The notes below the pieces were generated by a model. That model was given only the letters and a program-made list of their open reading frames with translations. It did not search any database and was not told the DNA's origin. The position numbers and the translations under genes are program-made. From positions 1 through 64,000 of the forward strand of contig VJWM01000151.1 in assembly GCA_010909165.1 (NCBI GenBank): a stretch of 64,000 nucleotides of DNA, read 5' to 3'. Position 1 is the stretch's first letter; each line of letters opens with the position of its first letter. Below, in pieces: positions 1 through 11,399 of the stretch. Source of the DNA: Anthoceros angustus. Lineage: Eukaryota; Plantae; Anthocerotophyta.

Positions 1-430
1 CTTTTCTTCCTGCACCTCTCTTGGCGCCGCTTTTCTCCTCCTTGCCCAACTTGCGCCTTCCTCTCAGCAGCATGGGCGTGTACGTTGGGGCCTTGGGAAG
101 CTTGAGGTGTGGCGGCGCCTTCTGTGAGGCCGTCCTCAAGTTTGAGGCCTCTGCACTGCACCACTTTTATAAGTCACCCAAGGGTTAGAAAAGTAACTAC
201 CATTCTATCCTGCCCTTGGATGTGTGCCACGTGGCCCTTTCTCACCGTTGATGTTAGTTTCCTAATTCCTTATACTAAAATACCAATTTCCCTATTTTCT
301 AATTTCTCTGAAAATTAGCCTCTAATTTCTTAATTACCTATTTTGGCCTATTTATCTAGTCCACTAAAAGACCCTATATATAGCAAGCCTATCCCGCCTA
401 AAACATAAGCTACTTCCTTAGAACCTATCC

Positions 431-692
431 CACTGGTAGGACATCCTCCTACCATGGTAGGCGTTTTCCCTTTCTCCTACCACGGTAGGAGTTACTCCCA
501 CGTGGGATACCTTCCTACCCTCTCCTACCATGGTAGGAGCTATTACACCGGTAGGTGATCAAAACACTAGCGGTCATTCTCCTACGGTGGTAGGATCTCT
601 CCTACCCTCGTCTACCATGGTAGGAGTTTCTCCTACGGTGGTAGGACACCTCCTACCACTCATGTAGGTTACCTTTTCTCCTCACCAGTAGG
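431..692. repeat. Cluster of ~9 short palindromic motifs, consensus CCTACCATGGTAGG
   Basis: Perfect or near-perfect copies at 448-461, 476-489, 522-539 (18-bp palindrome CTCCTACCATGGTAGGAG), 581-594, 612-623 and 632-645, with degenerate copies near 433, 652 and 683. Confidence 0.9.
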
Positions 693-921
693 TCGTTTTG
701 ACCCGTTTCTTTTTCCCTGCATATCCTCTCTGCCTTCCCGACATGGTCCTACAACTCCCGCTCAAAAAGGAGCAAAAAATTTCCTTGCATGTCTTCACCA
801 AACCATTTCTAGCAAAAGAGTGTGGGCCTGTTTCAAAACGAACTCATTTAAGCTAGTTGCCCAAACTTTTATGCTCCACACTCGTCCTTCCTCACTCCTG
901 GACGACTCTTCATCCTCCTCC

Positions 922-2036
922 TCATTCTCTATCCACCCTCCATCGCAACCGGCTCACGACCATGTACACGCCACCACGCCCATGTAGCCTGCAGACAACC
1001 TGCATGACATCGTCTAATGGCTTACCGGCGTGCTCCGTCAATTCTCCAATTTCATGTGCTGGCAATGTAGTCGGCATGTCTTCCTCGACCTCAAGATCCG
1101 CCATCTCCACATCTTCCTCCTCGCCTCCCGCTCCCCCATCCTCGCTGGGTGTCCTCCTCCTCACCGCCTCTCCTCACCATCATAGGCATGCGCTCCTTGG
1201 CCCTCCTCCGCAACCGCGCCCACCAGCCGCCTCCACTCCCACCGCAGAGTCTCCTCCCCTCCAAAGGCTCCCTCCGCCACGTTGTTGGGGTTGTCCGCCA
1301 CCCCAGCGTAAGGTCCACAAACGTATGCCATCTCTCGGCAGCCACGGGTCACCCTCTTGTGCACCACCACCATGCTCCTCAAGTTGGACATGCCCTCAAG
1401 CTCCAGACTAAGGCCAATGTCCTCGTTCCTCCGGACGCCCGCCTGGCGATCCCTCCTCTGACTTTGGAATCTCTCCTGCAGAAGCATTGTGCGTTAGCTC
1501 CCCACCTGTTGGAGACACCCACTCCACTTCCGGCCGCTTTCGCTGAGCATCGCCCGCCTCTTCGGCAGCAGACTCCACTCCTGTATGAAGGTTCTCCCCT
1601 CCGGCACCCTCCACCTCTCTCGCCGCTTCCCGCTCCACGCCATGGGCATCCACCCTCTCCACTTCAGTGGAATCGGCTTTCTCCACGACCGCGCCCACCT
1701 CACTTGCCGCGCTTCCACCATCCGGCGCCGTGCTTCCATCCAGCCATTGGGCCGCTTCGTCTCGCTCCTGCGCCAAGTCCCCTTGCTGTGGACCATTTTC
1801 CGGCTTCCCTCTCGACTCGCAAACGCGCCGATGGGCCCCAACTGTCCTCCTTCCCGGCGCGGCGTTATGGGCACGGACATCCGCGGATTGGCGGCGTTGT
1901 TCAGCTTAAGCCAAATGCCAAATCCTCAAAGTCAACGTCCCAAACCATGGTCGAGGCCAACCGAGTCACCCGCACATGCACAACCGATAACCGCGACAAA
2001 GTGAGGAACTCCGTGGCGATGGCGACGGTGAGGTAA
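922..2036 (-). pseudogene. Frameshifted Glu/Gly/Ala-rich ORF of unknown identity, probably a TE accessory ORF
   Basis: Minus-strand ORF pieces 1408-1776, 1161-1487 and 922-1164 overlap end to end and share acidic composition (EVEGAGGE, GGEEEDVEMADLEVEED). No domain motif recognised. Confidence 0.35.
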
Positions 2037-2281
2037 CCTGGTGATGGGGAAGAGGGCAAGAGGAGAAGAGGGGGAGGCGAGGCGCAAGTCCTAGGGCATG
2101 CCGGTGGCTCATGTGCCATGCATGCCGAGCACAAACTCGGAGTTTGCGCCCACCACCTATATGTGTACATGTGGCATTCACATGCCTAAAACACCCGCGA
2201 TTGTCCACCACACCATTCTCGTACATATGGCATCCATGCATGTTTGGCATATATAGGCATCCGTTTATACGATTTTCGTCA

Positions 2282-2812
2282 TCCAAGGACAAATTTAGCC
2301 CATTATGGATTACCATATGCATCGAAGGAAAATAATTTCCCTTTGCTCATGCGCATTTCGTGGTCCAAGGACAAAACATTCCCGTTAAGTATGGTCATTT
2401 CGTGACCCAAGGACAAATGTTCCTCATTTGTCATGATCATGCCTTGGCCTCAGGTCATTTTTTGGGCATTCTGGATGACCATTTCGAAAGCCAAGGACAA
2501 ATGTTTCCGATTATGGAAGATCATTTTCTGATCGACGGACACTAATTTGCCATTGTTCATTACCGTTGCGTGGTCCAAGGACAATACATTCCCATCATGC
2601 ATGATCATTCGTGACCCAAGGACAAATGTTCCTCATTCGTCATGACCATGTCTTTGCCTCATGTCAATTTTGGCCATTACGGATGACCATTTGGAGAGCC
2701 AAGGATAATTTGCCCTTTGTGGATTACCATTCGTGACACAAGGACAAATGATTCTGTGACGTTCCTTCCTCCAATAAGACAATGCATTTAATCATTATGT
2801 ACCCAAGGACAA
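2282..2812. repeat. Degenerate ~42-bp minisatellite with 210-bp (5-mer) higher-order period
   Basis: CAAGGA(C/T)AA core near 2284, 2365, 2408, 2492, 2575, 2616, 2700, 2739 and 2804, with decayed cores in the intervening slots. TGGTCCAAGGACAA..CATTCCC recurs at 2361 and 2571. Confidence 0.85.
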
Positions 2813-5800
2813 GTGTTCGCAATGCCATTTCGTCTGAATGCCATGATGTGCCATTTCAAGCAAGACCGACTTAGAACCCGCCATGCTCCACGGACCATGC
2901 ATGTGTTAATTTGCTATTTTTATGCTTTGCCCGTTCGCACCACATTGCCTACCGATCCACCATGCGGCGATGTCGCGACCACATTCCGTGGAGCCGGTGT
3001 ATGACGGTGGCCATGGGTGTGGGGAGTGGTGGTGCGTGGCGGCGCGGGGGAGGGAGGAAGAGGAGAGAGGAGGAGACTGTGGCGATGGCTATGCCACACG
3101 TTGTATGCACCCTTGTGTCCATGCCATTCCTCCATGCATGCCATGTATGGTCCCCTATGTTGAAGGCCATGACAATGTCATGATAACTGCCATGAACCAA
3201 AGACAATGGCTCCCTATCTCGCATAAACTTGTCTTCTCCACCGTTGTCCAAGAAAGGTGTGGTGAAGCCATTTTAATATTTGAAAAGCGGGGCATGGTAG
3301 AAAACATGCCATGTCCGTGGTCGTGTGCATTGACCGTTCTCTCGATGTCCGCTTCTTCTACACCATTGTGCAAGGACGGTAGGTGGCACGTGAGAGCCAT
3401 TCAAGCAAACTAAATGCCCCATTCATTATGCCATGAATGAAGGACCGTGTGAATTTGCCATATATATGCCAATTCGCGTTCTCCCATATAATGATGTGCA
3501 TCGTCGAGACTCCGATCCACCAATCAAACGCGTCACATGGCGTAACGTGTCATGTATTCACACCTTCCGGCAGACGCCAATGACGGCCTCGGCGTCACTC
3601 GCCGCACCGCCGCAAAGGATATCCGGACCTTGGGAGACATGACATGTACCTTCGTGTTCCGCGCTCGTTTGCCCCCGCGCGCCACCGCCCATGAATTTAC
3701 CGCAACCATCGCTCGATGACGGCCATGCCACCGCCATGTCTCCTTTCTCACATGTAAGGAACGGCTGAAATTCAAGATCCTCTCATCCGCAACCCGATGT
3801 GGCACGGAGGACAAGAGGCTGTTAAGGTCGTGTTCCGCTTTAAATGTCACCACCTTGCCCTCGCTCACGCTACTACCTTTGTTTTGGTCATCTTCGCATC
3901 CGAGGGCGAGCTTGTCTTCCAGTGAACACGCCTCGCTGTCGCTCTACCTTGTGCCGCCTATGACGGACATGCAAGTATGCCGCAACGCGAGCTTCCGAAA
4001 CCACCGTGGGTATCCACTGGTAGCTCGCAAAGACGAGGCGTGTGTGCATGTCTCCATCTTCATGCCCAACTGGAAATCACGATGGCCATCAAGGATCATA
4101 TGGGAATGTTGGGCGCGGTGTCCCCGCCTTCACGGCGCGTGAGCTGTCTCTCTATCCCCTCACGGCGTCTTGCCGTTCGGTGGCGAGGTGGTTCCTTCTC
4201 TAGCGAGGTGGTCCCTTCTACCTGGTGCGGGCATGGTGTTCAGGTGACCGCACACGGTATGGATTGGGTGCTCGGGAGGCGCCGCATGTGAACACTTTTT
4301 GTTTGGCCCTTTTCTCCAACCTGCAAGTTCATGCGGTGTGAAGTGTTTGTGGAATCCGCATTTGACGAACCCGCAACATTCCGCTCCCTCACCCCTCGCT
4401 TTGTGGATCATTGCAAGTTTTGCACATCGTTGTTGCTGGTGCGGAAACCGACGATGCCCATCAAGGACGAGAGGGCCGCAGCCTCGTCAATGACGATGGC
4501 CATCAAGGATGATGGACGGAGGTTGCTCTCCTCGGCCATCAAGGACCTGGTATGGAGTGCCGCCCTTGGCTCTTGCCGTCTACGGATCACGCGTCGTGTG
4601 ACTAGGGACGGTTTATACCTCACAATGTGGGGTATATGATTACCGTAATTAAACGCTGGGATGGGAAAGTCCTTCTTCTTTGATCACTACGTGTACTTCT
4701 CATGCCGTCACCCAATAAAACTCGCGATGTGCCTCGCTTGGCGGAATGGATGGGTATGGTTTGGTGCCCGTTCATACCGCTGACCGGACATGACAAGTCA
4801 CCGCGCACGCCCTTCCGAGTCGTAATAAACAAAGTATGGTGATTGGTGCTATAGCTCTTTGTCTCTCCCTCCTAGATGCACAAGGCATTCTCTAGATTCC
4901 GGTCCATTGCATACCTCGATGGAGAGAATTGGCAAGGATTGCTCGCAAGCCTCGGAAGTTGAAGGCGAGGGAGATTGAGAGAGAAGGGTAAGGCGGATGT
5001 ACACGCCACCCTCCCGTGAGGGACCGATCCGGCCCGGGTGATGCGAAGGGCAAGAGGAAAGTGGAGGAGCAATCGCTGTGGGCGGCAGCATCCGGGCGCT
5101 CGGAGTGCCGCAGTCAAGCCACATTTCCTCCATGGGAAGAAGAGGCGACGCATTAAATTTACAATTCTGCAGAGGCCACGATCCAAGGAGGAGGTTGCGA
5201 AGTCGCTTTTTCGGATAGAACAAGCGATGTGGGGCTTCACGTCGCGGCCAGCATGGTGGCTACACACTTCACAGGAATGGAATTGGGATGCGTTGGGAGG
5301 CGGCATGGAGCACTCTGCGGCGGGTTGATGCCCTTTCACGAGAATGGCGCCGCAACATGGGGTCAGAGACTTTGAGACAATGAGCTCAACACTATTCCTT
5401 GCCGTGACGAAGTGGACATGAAGGAGGTTGTTTACACCAAGGGGAAGCGCCTCCTCCTGAGCGTTTTGTTACGCATATGCTTGCAAGCTTAGGACGATCA
5501 AGGCCGTTGTCGAACTTGGATTGTGTGTAATCAACTTTAAATCAAAACACGCATCCCCAAATGCAATGACCGACACGCTGCGGTCAACCATCCCCGACCG
5601 CTGGTGCCGACCACCAAGCCAGCCACAAGACATCCTCCCTTTTTCCATTGCAGTGTCACCCCTACACTCGCCCAATCTCCGGGCCCGTCGGAAGAGTCTA
5701 CCACCACGCTGACATAACGCCCGGCAGCTTCCACGCCGCTAAGCGCATGCACTGCGAACATTGCGTGCATCGATGGCGTGCTGCCAACCGTGCTCGTCAC

Positions 5801-6035
5801 CGAGTTGGGATTGGAAGACGGTGGTGGCTCGCGCAAATTACTGCTCATGTCCGTGAGGCGCGAGGTTCTTGTCACATCCCCGTGATGCCCCCGACATGCA
5901 TCGCCCTCTGTAGTCAGCGGTTCCCCGATTGTTTGGCCGACTTAGTCACGAAATGGGTCATCACGACACGGTGGATCTCCATAAGCGTGTGTGGCGCGAT
6001 CACTGGCCGGCCAGTGCCAAGACAATCGTGTCGCT

Positions 6036-9000
6036 AGTAAGGGGGTCCGCTCCATGGAATGCACTGCTTGTTCGCCTCGAGCTCTACAACCCATCGATCA
6101 ACGGACTTCATCAAAGGTCCCGGCTCCACAACCCTAAGTGTGTGCCCTCCACAACTCGCACTGGACCACGCTGCAACCACCGGGACTTCCCACAAACCCG
6201 CCTCAAGTTTCTCCAAGACACGGAACAGTTTAACGACGCTCCTCCGCTGGGCCTCACAGACCAGCGCTCCAAATACCTCAACTCGTCTGCCACAACTCCA
6301 CCTCAACACACGCCGTACGCGACCCTCCCTTATCCATTTCACTAGTAGTCACAACACCAACACGCCGATGTATTCACCGGATCGCTTTGCCCGCTTCCGT
6401 GCTTCACGCCCCACGGAGAAGTAGCTTCAAGTAACCCCACGCCTCCGCTCCAGCAGCCTCCAAGGATGGCTTCCGCACCAAGAAGTCACCCCCAAGCGCT
6501 CCTTATCCTCCGGCTTCACGCTCATGGAGAAGTGGCCAGCCCGCATCCCCACAAATTGCCCAAAGAGCCTCGGATGGCTTCCGCCCAAAGAGTCACCCCC
6601 AAGCGCCTATCCCTCCGGCCGCCTACGCTGGAGTGGCTGAGCACTGCAACCCCACGCCTCCGCTCCAAAGCAGCCTCTAAGGTTAGTCCCGCACCCGAAA
6701 TCACCCGCGAGCACCTCTCGAGCTCAGTCCGACCCGGCCTCGCCCATCAAGCGTGCGGAGCTCGCCACCGAGCTCTAAACACATCCTCTACCACCAATTA
6801 ATCCCCGCACGGTGACGCAGAACTCACTCGCCTCTCGAGCACCAAGGCAAGAGCACGGAGCCAAGATGGTACCCGGATAGCCTCCCGTCTTGGGCCAGCC
6901 TTCCTATATACCCCACATATCCTAAAAGGTAAGTGGGTGCAGAAGAAGTTGAGGACGCAGTACGTGGAAGAAGACGCCAATGGTGACGAGGATGAGCGAA
7001 CATGTCAAAGACATCGCAGCAAGAGGTAGCAAGGGGGTGATCGTGGACGAGCTAAGCGCGTACGAGTTAAGGGTGACAAATGGCAAGGCAAGCGGCTACC
7101 AAGTTCGGTCGCAGATTTTGGGAGGCCAACGCGAGGTCGGAGAGTAGGACCAAGCACGATGGAGGGAGTTTAACCAAGAGTCTCAAGGGCAGAACAGATC
7201 ACCAAATGCCCTGAGGCATTGGGGTTGACGGGTTTTGGCTTCACCCATGTTCGGGAGTCGAGGTCCAAGAGGCGAAAGATGAGGAGGACAAGTTCCACAA
7301 GGTCCGCCTTACCTCGATGAAGATGTCCTTCCAACACAAACCTCACTTATGGGAAATGTGCCACAACAGGGTTTGGCACGAGTTTGCACAATGGTGACCT
7401 CGGACATCCGCTTTGGATTGTCCAAGAGTGGGAAGGCCCACATGCCGACATGGGTGTATGCGGCTGCCGGAATCCCCGCCCGCAAGTGCCGCCGACCTCG
7501 AGGCAAGGAAGGACGAAGAGGAGGCGACCTTAACCAAGGATGCTGAGGAGGCCGTTGAGAAGGCCGGCGAAGAGGAGGCGGAGTTCAGGACCGGTAGGGT
7601 GTGATTCGTGACCGACACCATTGCACCAAAAGGGACCAAAGAACTAGCCTGCAATGGTTTCGCGTCGAATACACGGCCAATTCTAACGAAACAATTTCAA
7701 GGTGAGCTCAGACAAGATGAAGGAGTGGCACGACCACGCGTGGTGGTTTGTGATAGCCTCCGTGATCGTGAGATAGCCGATATTTTGGAAGATGCAGACC
7801 GGGAAATGGGAAGGCTGTGATCCGAAGTGGATTCATTTGCTTCTAGGACACCCTTGCCGCCGACGGCGCGGATGATGCGAACAATACATCGGGTCGCCAC
7901 ACAACTGGCCGTGTCAACCCCCATCATGAGCATCACAGGGGATGCTCATGCCGGGTACATGGCGAAATCCCTATGACATGTATGGACGTTGACTTGAGGG
8001 CAACAAGCGGCACCAAAACGGAAGAGGAATTTCGACATCCAAAGATGAGGTTCCGCTGTCATATGCATGAAAGCGTAAGTATTCGTCTGTGAGGAAAATG
8101 GTCAGCATGGTTGCGGCGAGGAGGATCCATGCATGGTTGCTTTACAGTTCGTATCGTGCCGATTACGCGACATGCAGGTTATTTTACAGCTGACAGCCGG
8201 GCTTATCAGTTCGAACTCAGTTCGATACAGCCCCGATAGTTCGATAATGAGGTCGGGGTGTAATTCAGCTCGATATTGTGCCCGGAGTTACACTCGCAAA
8301 AGTAGGCTTGTAACTCCATGGTCATTTAATTTGGGTTGAGGCTGGATTTCATCATGAGGTTATGTTGCATGTAATGTTCTAAATCACAATTGTCTATGTG
8401 TTTTGAATGTTACATATACTACGTGACTCGCCTTCGTGGTTTTCCAAGGATAGGGTGCACTACACAATCCGACACATGTGCAACCCATCGTCGATTTTGG
8501 GCACACTCGATCTGAAGTGCTTCTTATTGAAAGCACCTTACGCCAAACAATTTCAGCCCATGGAGCTTTCAGTATTGTAGCTCGCTTAGTGGCACCCGAG
8601 GCATTGGAAGAATAACTTGAGAAAGGAGGCTAGGCACTTCTTACATGGGAAGAAAGGGTGCGATAAGTATGTGCCCAAGAGCTTGAAGAAGGAGCATTGG
8701 GATGTTCTCTTGAAACAGAGAAAGATAAGTCGGATGGTGTTGTTGCACCCTCAACAAAAGATTGCTGCGGTGAGGGGGAAAACGTCAGGTAAGCCATATT
8801 CTTGCTTTGGGTTTGAGGTCAAAAGCAATTCATGGACAGAGCCAAGTTTGATAGGCAAGCAACTTTAGAGGAGATCAAGTGGGATCTAGGCATGGAAATT
8901 GGTTGAACAAGTCGAGAGCGCATTGGAAGGAGCTCATCATTGCAACCGACTTCTTCCACCAGCCACGCCCTTTCCAAGTGAGATCCGCTCCAAACTATGC

Positions 9001-9411
9001 CAACCAGATTACCCGCCAGCTGCACCACTCCGCCTGACCACGGACACTATTCACTTACTCCTCCGACCTGACTAACTCCTGACCGACCGGACCACCTCTT
9101 GACCTGACCGACCACTGTCGGGACCACCTGACCACCTGGCCGGACCTCGACCGGACCACCCGTGACCGACCGACCACCTGGGACTGACGACCACCCACCG
9201 ACGGACCACGGCCGACTCGACCACCTCTTGGCCTGACCTCAACGACCACCTGGCTCGCGACCACACTCCTGACCACTGTCGACCCAACGGACTGAGGTTA
9301 GATTGCACTCTAAGTGCAATCCGCCAAACGGCCTTATTGGCTAACCTCCCTATCCCCTTAACAAGAACGACCAAAACAAAACAAAAACCAGGACATCCTT
9401 TGGCACCCACA
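6036..9411 (-). repeat. 3' LTR of the non-autonomous element, split by a ~2-kb insertion
   Basis: Two homology blocks to 9832-11175 are separated by unrelated sequence at 6925-8930. Contains internal GGATGGCTTCCGC-CAAGAAGTCACCCC repeats (near 6463 and 6571) and a GACC-rich minisatellite (9035-9285). Confidence 0.65.
8600..8870 (+). pseudogene. Possible CACTA TnpA (Ptta/En/Spm-type) remnant inside the LTR insertion
   Basis: RHFLHGKKGCDKYVPKSLKKEHWDVLLK...QQKIAAVRGK resembles the P-x-x-I-x-x-x-x-W-x-x-L ... N-x-x-x-R pattern of TnpA-like proteins. Recognised by eye only. Confidence 0.35.
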
Positions 9412-9423
9412 TACTCCCTTCTC
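9412..9423 (-). promoter_or_regulatory. Polypurine tract (GAGAAGGGAGTA on the minus strand)
   Basis: Directly abuts the TGTGGGTGCC LTR start on the minus strand. Confidence 0.6.
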
Positions 9424-9831
9424 ATCCGCTGGCGGCCCGCCAACACCCGCCATACTCCGCCTCCTCCGCTTGACTCCCTTCTCACTTACTACCTCCTGTG
9501 TCAAGTCCCAAGACATTGGGATTTTTTTTTACCAAGATTCATCCTCCGCTGAGGATGAGTCGCCTCCTCCGAGGTTGATGTGCCCTCCTCCGCCTGTGCC
9601 CATCTTCTTTCTCCCTTTGAGCATGCTAGGCCTCCCGCTAGATTCGCACCCCAGTCCTGGCCCCTGCATCCTCCCTACTTCTATATACTCCACAAACCGC
9701 GACCATTACCCATCCACACCCGCAATCAGCCTACTACCTCATATCTACTAACTCAGCAGCACCACAACAATACATATTCCTCACCAAGGCCAAAATGTGG
9801 CGACTACCGACGACCACCGGCGACAATCCCA

Positions 9832-11175
9832 TGTCACAGGGGTCCGCTCCACGTGGAATGGACTGCTTGTTCCGCCCGAGCCTCTAACCCACCGACGGAC
9901 TTCATCGTTGGGTCCGGCTCCACAACCCTAAGTGTGCCCCTCCACAACTCGTTGACCACACAGCAACCACCGGACCTCCCCACAAACCCCGCCGGGTTTC
10001 TCCAAGACTACCGAATAGTTTAACGACGCTCCCTCCGCTGCCCACAGACTCAGCCTCCGGCCTCAACTCGTCCGCCACAACTCCACCTCAACACACACGC
10101 CGAACGCCGACCCTCCCTTATCCATCTCCTAGTAGTCACAACACCAACACGATGTATTCACACCAGACGCTTTGCCCGCCCAACGGCTTCACGCCCCACG
10201 GAGAAGTAGCTTCGCAGCCCTGCAACCCCATGCCTCCGCCCAGCAGCCTCCAAGGATGGCTTCCGCCCAAGAAAGTCACCCCCAGCCTTATCCCTCCTCC
10301 GGCCGCCCACGCCTGAGAAGTGGCTTCACCGTGATCCCCATGTTCTGCTCCAAGAAATGCCTCTGTGGATGGCTTCCGCCCAAGAAGTCACCCCAAGCGC
10401 CCCTAATCCCTCCTACCGCTTCACGCTCATGGAGCGGGCTTCATGCACCCTCCTCGCTCCAAGAGCCTCCAAGGTTAGTCCCAGACCCGAAATCACCCGA
10501 GCACCTCCCGAGCTCAGTCCGACCCCCGCACTCCATCAAGCGTGGTTACGAGCTCCACCGAGCTCTAAACACATCCCTCTACCACCAATTAATCACACTG
10601 TGCGGAGGAACTCACTCCGCTCCTCGAGCGAGGCGAAGAGCACCACAGGCCTTGAAGATGGTACCGGATAGTCTCCCGTCTTGGGCCTTGAGCCTTCCTA
10701 TATACCCCCACATATCCTAATCTAACGCCTATGTATGTACCTAACACAGGTCGTAGTAACGCCAGGGCGTAGCTCATCATTGCAGGACTTCTTCCACCAG
10801 CTACGTCCTTTCCAAGCGATGATCCGTTTCCAAACTATGCCAACTAGACTACGTCGCCGGGCGACTCAGCCGGACCTCGAGACCACTCCGTCGGACCTCT
10901 CGACCAGACGGACCCTCCCGGACCTCAGCCGGACCACTCCGTCGGACCTCGAGGACCACTCCGTCGGACCTCGTAGGACCGACTCCGTCCAGACCTCGCC
11001 GGACCACTCCGTCGGCTCGCGCCCAACGGACCTTAGGTTAGGATTGCACTCTAGCGATGCAAAACGGCCTTTATCGCTAACTCCCTCCCTATCAATAAAG
11101 GTAACGACCCAAAATAAAACAAAACAAGCCTAAAACCAGTCGCGAGTGCGGACATCGGTTTGGCACTCCTGACCA
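9832..11175 (-). repeat. 5' LTR (~1.35 kb) of the non-autonomous element
   Basis: Begins TGTCACAGGGGTCC on the plus strand. Minus-strand TATATAGGAAGG includes TATATA at 10699-10704 (paralogue at 6905-6910). GGACCACTCCGTCGGACCTC tandem repeats at 10870-11010. Confidence 0.7.
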
Positions 11176-11399
11176 GTGACGCATAGCCTGGCCCTGCCCA
11201 TCGCAAGCATCGTTCAGTCCTCGGTCGTCTGTTTATGGGTCATGTGATCGTGACACCTTTGGGGGCGGTCCGGATAACGGATGTACCACCTTTCTTTGTC
11301 AGTGGTTGCCAGTGCCTACCGGATCACGACCACAGGGAGGATGCCACGAAATGCGTATCACGGTGTACATGTATTGTCCACTGTGTCGCGAGCTCGCGC

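Larger units (their letters stand above)
6036..11175 (-). mobile_element. Non-autonomous LTR retroelement with large LTRs and a ~420-bp non-coding internal region
   Basis: 6040-6925 aligns with 9840-10720, and 8930-9411 aligns with 10770-11170. TGTCAC terminus at 9832, ...CCCACA terminus at 9411, adjacent polypurine tract, and TATA boxes on the minus strand. No TSD found. Confidence 0.65.

Noticed and set aside
362-374. CACTAAAAG as the left TIR of the CACTA element ending at 17996
   Set aside because: It does not match the reverse complement of the right TIR (C(C/A)CTACTAGAAAA), the subterminal motifs differ, and the flanking trinucleotides (GTC vs TTG) are not a TSD.
431-692. CRISPR-like palindromic repeat array
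   Set aside because: Repeats are 14 bp, irregularly spaced and degenerate, with no constant-length unique spacers and no cas genes. The context is eukaryotic TE DNA.
5929-6040. Integrase H2C2-like peptide (HEMGHHDT..DHWP)
   Set aside because: The Cys pair is missing and there are no neighbouring pol motifs. It may be a truncated relic but is not supportable.
7925-7950. Perfect 10-bp stem hairpin CATGAGCATC-ACAGGG-GATGCTCATG as a terminator or Helitron end
   Set aside because: About one such stem is expected by chance in 64 kb, and there is no U-tract or nearby CTRR terminus.
8458-8467. CACTACACAA as a CACTA left end
   Set aside because: The match is limited to about 7 nt and no subterminal array follows on its inner side.
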